Source of the DNA: Raillietiella orientalis
Taxonomy: Eukaryota
Assembly (NCBI GenBank): GCA_036172245.1
Contig: JAYWIR010000007.1
Coordinates: forward strand, 2,294,001 to 2,358,000
Direction of reading: 5' to 3'
DNA: 64,000 nt
Shown piece by piece: positions 53,535-64,000 of the stretch (within the stretch, counting starts at the first letter, position 1; each line of letters starts with the position of its first letter). The translations under genes were made by a program, and so were the position numbers. A model generated the notes under the pieces. That model was not told the DNA's origin, ran no database searches, and saw nothing but the letters and a program-made list of their open reading frames with translations.

Positions 53535-56500
53535 CTATTTTTTTCCTTCGTTCATCTCCGTGTTGCAAGATTCCTCGCTCCCTAACAGATTGGGCGATGG
53601 AGGCAGTTTCATGCCCAAAGTCTCTAAGTTAGTCCTCAGCGTAACGGCAAAAGAATTGAAGTCGCTAAAAAGGGACTTATTAAACTGACGGGCTGTTAGG
53701 TGGGGGAAATAGGTGAAGTGCCAATTAAATCTTCCTGCGTTGACGGATCTCGGAAAGTCGGGTGGCAAGCTCGGGAGAATGCCAAGGCCAGAACGATCTT
53801 TGTAACCCGCAAGTTGCAGAGAAGTTGCAGGCTTTGCTGGGGAGTCCTGACACGGTTCTTTCAGACCTCGGACGCTGCAGTTCGGAATGCTTCTAACGAA
53901 TTTCGAACACCTAGGCAAAGAGTGGTTCCAATGAAGCTTACTGAACAATGAGCTATACAAATGCTTGTCCTTTTCTTTGTTTCTTGTGAATTTCTCAAGA
54001 GCGCTAGAAAAACGCACTCTGAGTCGGTTCGAATGATCAAAAGTGCTCAACTGTACTGTTGGAGACAATTTACAAAACCGAGAATGGCTATTTGTAAGTT
54101 GACAGGCTTTGGGGAAGAAATGAGGTTTTGGAAACCGTGTCCTATTTTCTAATGAAATCTGATCAAAAAACTTTTTGTCATTTCCGGAAAGCTTTTCAAG
54201 GAGAAATTTTGTCCCACATCCATGATGAAAACTTTTTGATGTTATAGATTGGAAAGGGTGGTATGGAAAGAATAAGGATGGATGTGAAGGATTATTTTCA
54301 CTTTTTACAGAATTCTGAAACAAGAGATAGAATAGATAAAGACTAGTTTATTTTTAAAAAAATATTTTCAAAATATGTATCAATTTTCTAACTTATTGTG
54401 CTATAGCTTGCTTAAACTCACATTTCTTGTGGGCTCCGAAAATCTTGACACGACACAAGCTAAATTCAAAAACTTTGGTGCATACAATAGAAAAGCAACG
54501 CAATTATTCATCATAACTCTGGAAAGCGGACTTTCACGATATTAACTCAATTTCACTATTTAATCCGCATGTCAATTACGCGCGGTTAAACCACAAATGA
54601 AAAATGAAAGACTGTCTAGACATTTCTGATAAATACAAAAACAGCATTTTTTCTAAAAAAAAAAGAAAAAAGAAAAAAAAAAAATGCGAATTCAAATTCA
54701 GCATCATATTCAGCGATTATAAATTCAGGATTTAAAAAACATGTGAGGTACTGAATACACACAGTGTTTCCGGAGCTACAAAAACGAAAATTAAGGACTC
54801 AAACATATGCATTCATATCTGTTGACAAAACCTTGCAAACACATTTCCAGTAAAACAATTGAAACTGTACACGAAAATCCAAAAAGAATGAACCTTTAGA
54901 GAATCCTGAAACTCCTTCTGCTTATGTGAAACAAATTCATGCTTTTCTTCTTGAAGTTTTTTGAATTTGTCAATCTCTTTTTCCTTTATAGTACTTCTTC
55001 TCAATTTTTCTTCATCTTTGATTCGCTTTTTTTCCAGCTCAATCTTTCTCCTCCTTTCCCTTCTTTCTTCCTTTATTCTTTGCTTTTCTGCCTTTTTTTG
55101 TTTAATATATTCAATTAAAGGCGTTGCTGTTTTGAAAACTCCATTGCTCCCTGAAATTGAAGAAAAATTTCTTTATTAAAATCCCCAGCTAGGTGATTTA
55201 CTGAAGCAAAATACAACAGTCAATCAACAAAGACAAAAGAAGGTTCTACAATAAAGTAGAACCACATACTCCACTATTTCTTTGGAGATGTTCTGTCCCA
55301 AAAGTTTAGTCTTGAGCTTTTTCAAACACATACATTATAGCTCTTAAATAAGCTTTTGGTCATTTCATTCTCAATACTTATTCTGAATGGAACTAAATTT
55401 GCATTTCATCTGCATTAGATTGTTACAACGACTTCCTTTTGCAAGCTTTTCTCATGAATGGAAGCAACTTTTTTAAATACATATTGAAATGAAGAATAAC
55501 GCAATTCAAGGATTTAACTAAGCAAATCTCCCAAAGCATTTTGTTAAACTGTTGTAATCCATATTTTCTGGATATATACAGTGTTTGGAAAGATAAGATA
55601 TCATTAACAGGAGATCATCTTTTCAAATACAAACCTATTCCACCATACCTGCCACCAACTTATTCACTGTGGTAGAAACTGTTTTTAGTAACCATAATAT
55701 GTAACGTGATGATATTTCTATCAGTCTAACTGTTAGACTGATAGAACTAACAATCCCTGTCAGACTACAAACATCTATCAAAAGATTAACTACTACACAG
55801 CAAATTGACTTTTTATCACAACCTGCTTATTCTGATGTTTCAGTGAATCATTATTCACTGAAAGGAAAAGAATACTATTAAATAACTAGGACTTCTATTC
55901 CATAATCTTGCCTCCAATATAAGAACATTTTATACAACTGAACACCCTTTTAGTCGACTATGAAAACACCCTTTTTAAACAGATGAAATCTTTCAACAAG
56001 ATTCTTGAAATAATTAACGAACACCATTGCGTTTTTTCCCATTAATACATGCTAATAATCACTTCTTATTTTATGGATTCTTTCATGATCTATGAAACAT
56101 CATTGCAGATGTCTCTGATATTCATTTCTGGAGAGTGTGCAGAAGTCTAAAGAACAATGAAATGCAAGGGATCACTTGACTCTAAGCAGCTGCAATCCAA
56201 AATTCAAATTTCTGAGTGGATTTAATTACTTTAGGTGTAAAATTGATTTCATCCCCTGGATGTATGGATATAGTCAAAAAATAAAAAAAAAAATCCCATG
56301 TTCATACAAGTGCAAGCGAATTTCCTGCTATTTGCCCCAAAGATTTCACAGTTTCTCAAGTCCCATTTAGATCCTGCAGATAAAATCATCCTATTCTTGT
56401 GTGACTAACATTCACTACCTCCTGTAACTTATGCATAACATAAGAACCATTCCCACATGAAGCCATTTATTTGCCTTTTATGAACTATTTCTCAATCTAA

Positions 56501-57412
56501 ACCCTGACATGTTTGAAAAAACATCTTTGATTTGCACCAACCTTTTAATTCTTTTTCTCTGTTTTCAATTTCTTCAAGCAAGGCTTCAGCAGTCTGAACA
56601 GTAACTTCCTCAGGATTTTGTAGTGTTTCAAGAAATTTCTGATAATCTGGATCTTGTTCGATAAGACCTATCTTTGCATCTTTTTTTTTGGTTTTCCTTT
56701 TAGGTATTTTTTGGAAAGGTGCATACTCAACAACTGCTGGATATTCATTGCCTTGAAGAAAATTTCATGAGACAAAGATTATAATGACTTAGATTATAAG
56801 CCAAATTATAATGATTATGAAATGAGCACAAAACTGCTTTTGCAAGTGTAAAAACCACAACATTCAAATTTAAACTATCCCCAAATGATGTCTTGTACTC
56901 AAAAGTAAACAAGGCATCAATGGTTTCATGATATCTTGCAACATCAGCACGATTTAATAATTTATGTTTCCAAGATTTCCAATACATGAATACCTTTTGA
57001 ATCCAGAAATACATAATTATCAAACTTTTCTGTGAACACATACACATCTTCATCATGCAGAAAGTTCATATATGCTCTAGAAAATGCATATGGTCCTAAG
57101 CTCAAATCAGCCTTGGCAAAATATAGGTAATCATGATCGGCAAGAGGTGACACTTGTTCCAAAAAGGATTCTTCTGTCATTGAAGGAGGAAGTCTTCTTA
57201 TGATAATCTACACAACTCTGCAATCAAATCCTAATTATGGCTGTAAGTATTCATACCTTTTTTAATGATGATGTTTTTGTTTCATTACATCTTTCTAATT
57301 TCGTTTCCGTACTTGAATTGTCATAATGGTCTTTTGAGTCTTGTACAGTTATTTCTTCACTATTTGAAACATCATTCACGTCATTGGTTGGTATAATGTC
57401 AGTTACTGTCAT
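53535..57412 (-). CDS. UPF3: Regulator of nonsense transcripts 3 (about 538 aa; last exon tentative)
   Basis: Exons 57412-57257, 57207-56994, 56751-56542, 55150-54894 and 54314-53535 splice in frame. KIIIRRLPPSMTEESF RRM-like domain, SRAYMNF, FDNYVFLDSKGNEYPAVVEYAPFQK, DPDYQKFLE, TPLIEYIK plus a charged coiled coil. Confidence 0.9.
55716..55746. repeat. Perfect 15-bp palindrome with 1-nt spacer inside a UPF3 intron
   Basis: TTCTATCAGTCTAAC-T-GTTAGACTGATAGAA. Confidence 0.9.
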
Positions 57413-60400
57413 ATTATAACATAAAGGCTTGAATTTCTGATTGAATTATGCTACAAAACAAATTTGGAAACTGCAAAAACTTTTGCGGATTATGTTTGCC
57501 GAAAACTGTTAATGCATATTAATGTAAGAAATCCAAGTTTTGAAAATCACACGTATGGATACCGGATAATCAAAAAACGAAAAATCGCATTTCCCATATA
57601 CGTTATCAACCTTTCAAACGATCAGGCTTTACAAAAAACACCATGTTATAACATGGAATTCCCAATACAGCAAAGTTGTATAAGAAAGTCCATGCTGCAT
57701 TGAAAGGGCGTAGAAATGCCAAGATGTGATGTTTCCTCCTTGCCATGATCCGCGGCTCCATTAATAATAACAATAAAAAATTAAGATTAAATGCGCGTGG
57801 TTAACTGCTTGAGCAAATACTGCATTTTTTTTTTCTTTTTTCAAAGGCAATACGACTCAACTTAATGACCACCAAACTCGCGAGGTACACGATGACTGGC
57901 ACATTTTCCTGGTCGACAAACGAACAGCGACCTGTCACAGTTAAGTGAATTACTAGTTTCGTCTGCACAGTCAACGTGCTGCCTCGAAACCGAAATTTCT
58001 TTCGGAAGATTACAGATGCTTTCAGTTTGGTGGTGGACCGATCGATATGATTCTGGGTTTACCAAACGCCTGCACATTGACATGAAGGCTCGTTTTTGCA
58101 ACAACAACAACAAAAACACACACACACACACACACTGGAACCCCCCCTCCCCCCACTTATAAAGTACTGGCATCATTGCATTATCAAGAGACACGCAGCA
58201 TCGAATACCCAGGGCGCCACCGAATGCATGTACCAAGAGACACTCAGCACACTTTTGACATGAGCTTTGTTTTTCACACACTTTCAGGGTGGGGGGGGGG
58301 AAAAAAAAGAAAGAAAAAAACACGTCCACGCGTTCACGAAAACTTGGAACGTCCTCGCTCCAACACGAAACGCGGCAGGGTGTTTCTCCGTTTGAATTAC
58401 TGCTGCAGCTGATGGTTGCCACCACTTTCACGAAGAATGCTTGCCATGGCTCCCTAATTTGGATGGAGCAAAAGGCAATGCACGGGTGGTGCAGTCGTGT
58501 TGTCGACGGAATTCCATCTTCGGATGGAACTTTCCTTGGCTCGAGATTCCTCGAGAAGGTTCCATCCACCGGAGTTCACTGAGCATTCCCTCAGTTTCCA
58601 CCATTTTTGAGGGTGATGAGAAACGGAAAGGGATAGTAGAATTTGCTCCTGTGCAAGCAGAGAGTTGCTGCTTCTTGCAGCATCTGTGCAAAACGACCAG
58701 AGGATTGACGGAGTGATGTGCACGATTTCAGTTGAGCGTTTCCGATCTGATGCAGACAATCGCGTTACAAAAACCTTCACAGTTTTTTGAATGTAGGATC
58801 ATATCGAGACAATGCCATAAAAACTCCCTACCTCTATTATTGCTTTGAATCACGGCTGCCTATTTTGCAAAAGAACACTATTGTAGCATTATTGTCCAAT
58901 CTTAAAAAGTAGCAGAGTAACGTTCAGAACCTCTCCATCCAAGTTCAGGATGAAAGCTTTGCTGCATTGATTCACAATCAGCACTTCCTATAGAGACTAC
59001 GTATATGGCTGCCTCAACCAAAGTACATTGCATCGCCAACCAGCAGCTACTATCCTACTCTAATTACTCTTACTGGAGTAAGCGTTGCTTCATTGAAATT
59101 GCCTTGATTCATGGTGAATTCTGTGATTCCAAATATTTAGATTATTCCCCAAGGTAGTCGGTTTTCGTTAATGCTTGTTGTAATCTGCTTCATCTGAAAT
59201 AAACATGGCGAAGAATAAAATGTTCCCTGACATAATCTGTACATTCACCGGTAAAAGATTTTCTCCGGTTAAAAAACTATGCGTTAAAAAAAAAATTCTT
59301 TTCAAAAGACGTAAAAAGGTTGTAATATTTGGCAAGCCTTACAATCTTTTTACAGTTTGCTTCCTTACAAAATTTGGAATAGATATTCATTAGAGAGAAT
59401 CATTCTTTTTTTAATAATTCTGGTTTTGCAAGATGGTATTTTACTTGGGGCTTCATTTCATTCATTGATCCGATCTAACTTCATTTTAATATACAAACCT
59501 GTATGCATGAAATTCTGTATAGATAAAGTGTTGACGATATTTTCATTCATAGTTTGAATGTGCAAAGTAAAACGGATACTGCAAGAACGAACTCTGTATA
59601 CAAGAATACATTTATGAAAACGAAAAAAAAAGGAAGTACTTGGTGTAGATTCACTTTGCTTCACATTCTCATGCAACTTTTCAAAAAAACGATTGTAGGA
59701 GATAAGGAAAAGAGCTGATCAAAGGATAAAATAGTTGCTGCTTAATATCGGAAGATTCTACAAATAATAATGTAAGCAAAGGTGCAGATAGAAAAATCTC
59801 TCAAAACCTTTGCAAAGAAAACAATACTTCATCAGGATCTGTGATACAGGATGATTATCATGGAACAAAGGAAATAATGATTTGGATGGTTTGCTTTCAA
59901 GCTACGCCGTGGAGCTTCGGTTATACTGAAGCAATCTTCATCTAAAAAGCATACTATTTAAACAGTTGGGCAGAATGCTTTCGAGCAGCTAATTGCATTC
60001 CTAAACTGCTGCTTTCATTAAAGAATGCAATTATGTCAATTATCTGAATTTAAATGGTACTCCATACTGGACAGAGACATTTTATCCGAGGAGAGGAATT
60101 TAGAATGTCATTAAAGAAGACTGAGCTTACACACTAAGAGCAAAGAAAAGTAGCATCGAATTATTCTTTTATGAGGCACATACTCTAAGAATGTACAGTT
60201 ACTTTTTTTTTCTTTTTTAGCTAGATGCCCTATTTCTTCACTTTCAAATAAAGCAATAAATTAATAATCAAAAATCCTTATTTGACCATGTTGTCATCCG
60301 AAATACTATACTTTGTAAAGTGTATTTCAAAATCAAAGAAGACTCCCCTGGCTGGAATTGTCATTCATGAATCATGAAATTCTCCAAAAACTACAGGATT

Positions 60401-63400
60401 CTTAAAGAAGAAGCTATCATATCGATAATACTGATGAAACAGGATGACAAACTTTACTTTGGAAAAAGATTCGCCAGAAAAATAAAATGAAAGGAAGCAG
60501 TTTACTCTCTGAAATCCGTTGTCTAATTTTGCTTTCAATTAGCAGTAGGAAACAGAGTACATTACCCTCTAATTAGTAACATGTAAGCCTCTCGAAGTCT
60601 GAACGGTCGCTTTCGTTAAGCAACTCAGAGTGAAGGTAGCGCGCTCTCTTAAAATGCCTTTTGATGCTATTAGGATAATCTGGGACTAGCATGATGGCTA
60701 TTCCTTGAAGCAGTGCATCTGGCTTGAAGCTACGCTTCGTGATTTGATCAAAGTTTTGAAACATCCTTCTCAAGCTTAGAGCTAATCAATTCTTGTCCCG
60801 AACAGGAAAAGAAACATCGACGGAAGCCACACTGCCCACTCGCCTGAGAGAAATATTCCTCCTGCCAGGGTCACCAAGGTGATCCCTTCAACGTCTTGGT
60901 GCCTTTGCTCAGGAACCGTCGGTCCATTTCAGACGTCCTGTTTTCGCATATTTCCTGTTAGATCCTTTGCAAGCAGCGAACGGAGTGAGCTGTCGCGCGT
61001 GTTGCGTGTTCACATCGCGGCCTCGCACGGAGGGAGGAACGGATTTTCACCCGGTGGCGCCAGGGTATTTATTCTATGAAAAAAACATAAGCAAGCAAGT
61101 TGGGGAAAGAGCGCTTCCCGGAACAAAAACAAAAAGAAAAGTACCTTTGGAGAGTCCACCGACGCGCAGATTTCCAAAAGTCCGGAACGGGAGGAAGGGG
61201 AGTAGAAGTAAATAACTCAACGTGGAGATTGAGGACAAGGGTCTTTGGTGTGTCTTGTTCCTTCGGCTGAACCCTTCTTGAAAACCCGGAAAAAGTCCAG
61301 AACGAGTGGGAGAGGAAAAATCGAAACACAAATGAACAAAAAGATAAAGGTGGGGACAGGGTCGTCAATGATCTCCTCCTTGACTCCTTCTGGCCACCTA
61401 GCAGCCGTCCTCATGTAGACGGCTGCCATGAAGGTCACCCTCCCTTCTCTGCCCCCGAAACTCCAACACATGGCGGGCTGTGACGATGGAGCGGATGCAG
61501 AATGTCGTCGCAATCGCAGCACCTGTCGTGACTCCACATCTCGAGAAGAATCGCCGCAGCAAGTGGTGTTTTCGGGATGCAGGGGTGCCCGATGTCCGCG
61601 AGGGCGCTTTATTCCAACAAGGGGTGAGGGAACGATCCGATCGCGCCGAGCCTTAAACAGTTTGGGGATGCGACTGCCCCGGAAATCAGGTGCATGGAGT
61701 GCAATGGAGACCCCGGTGCGGAAACAGCAGGACATCCCGTTTCCACCTCAAGTTGGAAGTGTTCACGCACAGGGGAGGGACAGCGAGTTCGTCGCTCCAC
61801 CGAAGAGGTCTCTTCTCCTGACAGGGAGGAACGGAGGGCCTGCCGACGACAAACTACCAAGCGTGCAAACAGAACACCGCTTCCAGGATCATTGCAGACC
61901 TGGTGACGCTCTGTCGAGGTTTGTTCTCTCCCTATGCAGGATGAGAGTTGCCCGACTCTTTCTCCGGTGAGGGTCGAGAGCTGGGCCGTTTGACTGAGGA
62001 GGAGGAGAGTGCACGGCGTGAGCGCACATCTTCGTTTACACGATGATGAGCGCATATCTTCGTTTCGATGCTCAGAGCTGGGTCTCGCGTTTCAGATATC
62101 TGCACGATATCCTCACGCCGATTTACGGGTGGTGGACGGAAGAGGGGGCGTAGAGCTCCACGTTCTAATCTGAATGCGCCCCAGCAAGTAGGTCAATTCA
62201 AGCACTCAAGAGTACCGCACTTCGAGGCTGCTAGTAGGACTCTCTGATGTCCCTCGACGACGACTGTTGCTATGGTCGCGGAAGCCTGACGAATCGGTCC
62301 CTGCTGTCACGCTTTCCGTGGACACTCACGCGAGAGTCGTCCAGCTGGAAGCAGCCGTTGCGGAGGAGGCATCTGGATCTGTCTTCGTTCTTCCCGGAGT
62401 TCTTCATCCCAGCGATTCCCAGTGAGACGAAGGGGAGGCATTCTGACGAGAGCTCCGTCGTTCTCGAACGAAAGAAAAGATCGCGAAGCTGGCTCTGCCG
62501 AGGCTTCCCGGACGAACGAAACAAAGGGAGAGGGTGCTTCGGCAAGGTCCGCCTGTGAAACGCTCCCATGCAACATTGTCTTCGTGGTTCCTCGCGAGGG
62601 ACCCTCTATCCCTTCTCTCGTTCTCCGACGGCAGCAAAGTCTTCGGACCCGGGCCGTAGGCGGCTGCATGGAAACCAGTGGTGGGGGCTCGCATGTTCCG
62701 CTGCCATTTTCACCTCGTCCTTCTCTTGCACCAGCACGGACGCGAGTTCGCCTACTTCCAGGTCCGGATGGGAATCTCTGCTTCCTGGTGGAGGGTGCAG
62801 GTAAAAAGAAACAAATGCTGTCAAAGGCCTTCCCCCACCCTTTCGACAGTGGGTGGGCGTCCCTTCAGTTGCTTCTCTTCGAAGCTTCTTTCTCTGCCTG
62901 CGAAACGGGGCTTCGGCTGAACAGTGTCTACATTAAAGAGGGTGGCAGCGTCCAGTTTCCAGGGATGACCCCAGTGAAAAAAGGATCCTTTCGACTCGTC
63001 CCGAGGAAGAGAAGTGCGAGCGATGCAGTTGCAGCCGTCGGCCGGCTGCTGCCGAGGTGATGCTCCGAGAGTGATAAGCGCTGAATGGATATCCTCTCTG
63101 TTGCCGAAGAATTCTCCTCGACCTCAAGAACGCATACCGTGCACGAATGAAGGCCAACCTTCCTCTCGCCGCAAGGTTTCCTGCAGAGAGGGAGTCCTAG
63201 AAACCTAAAATGACACGACAAACAGAGTCCGCTACGCTTTCTTGCAGAGACGGGGATTGGGGGTGGGGGGTGAGAAAAGGTCAACACAAACGAGGTATCC
63301 AGCGCAGAAAGGAAAAAGAGGCTTGCAAGACAGGTGACCAGGAGAGGAGGCTCGAAAGGCTGTGGCGGAGACAAGGTTGTGCAAAGAGCGGTGTGCAGTC

Positions 63401-64000
63401 TACACGCTGACCCTAAACCCCCTGTCCAAGAATTTGTCTGAAGCACTCCACCCTGGGGAATCAAAACTTATGGTGATCAGAACTGAGGCTACGGTGACAA
63501 TTTCCTTGTCTTTCGTTTCTGCACCGTTCTTTCGCCCACATGGCAAAGAGGACCCTTCCTCCACGGTTGGGATTCTGTCCTCTAGGCGTAGCTGACTCTC
63601 CTGGTGTTCGAGTGGATCCCTCTCTTTCCTCGTCTTCCTAGCTCTGCGGCTGACGTCCCGGTAATCCGCGCTTTCGCGTTTGCTTTCCAGGTGGATCCCA
63701 GCCCGGCTGAATGGAAGCGCTGGCAAAGTAGCGGAAGGAGCTACCGTCCTCCCTTCCTTCCCCTCCTCCACGTCCCTCCTTCTCTCAGGGCTCTTGAGGA
63801 TGTTTCGCCGCCGTCAACAGCTAAGAGCAGGGACTGGTTTTCGGAGCGTCTGTCCCTCTTTTGCCTTCCCGGAACAATTTGAGGACCCTGCGCTTTCGGG
63901 AAGCTCTCCATAAGGAATGCTTCGGAGTGGTTCTCTCCCGTCCTCTTCCCGCTTTTTCTGACTGCGATTCCAGATCCTTCCTTCGCGGTATCCCGTATCT

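Noticed and set aside
2001..57412. Functional cluster of nutrient-stress and mitochondrial genes (ATF4, CREBL2, V-ATPase G, UPF3, two SLC25 carriers, TXN2)
   Set aside because: Housekeeping genes commonly co-locate; apart from ATF4/V-ATPase G there is no sequence evidence of co-regulation, and the two SLC25 genes belong to different subfamilies.
1..64000. CRISPR arrays, rRNA, intact transposase or reverse transcriptase, prokaryotic operons
   Set aside because: None seen; the window is spliced eukaryotic DNA and its repeats are not regular repeat-spacer arrays.

Overview
Eukaryotic (metazoan, probably arthropod-like) genomic DNA with very short GT-AG introns, mostly 38-57 nt. I reconstructed eleven apparently intact protein-coding genes by hand: ATAD5/Elg1 (3' part only), mitochondrial thioredoxin, a miniature ATF4 with an overlapping uORF, V-ATPase subunit G, an Fcf2/DNTTIP2-like protein, SLC25A51, CREBL2/REPTOR-BP, an intronless PPIL6, SLC25A38, Makorin and UPF3. 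They sit mostly in AT-rich, CpG-poor islands. These alternate with GC/CpG-richer blocks (about 9-18, 27.5-36, 38-39, 43.5-53.5 and 58-64 kb) that carry many homopolymer runs and no recognisable intact gene. By eye, several blocks contain collinear, deletion-riddled remnants of genes (ABCG transporter, tandem-domain tyrosine phosphatase, and more weakly kinase, RA/RhoGAP and SH3 motifs). The most notable observations are the ATF4/V-ATPase G arrangement (nested, shared-promoter or dicistronic), a UPF3 lacking a recognisable EJC-binding motif, the possible 'gene graveyard' blocks, and several perfect fold-back or templated-insertion scars. All family assignments come from motif recognition; no database searches were run.
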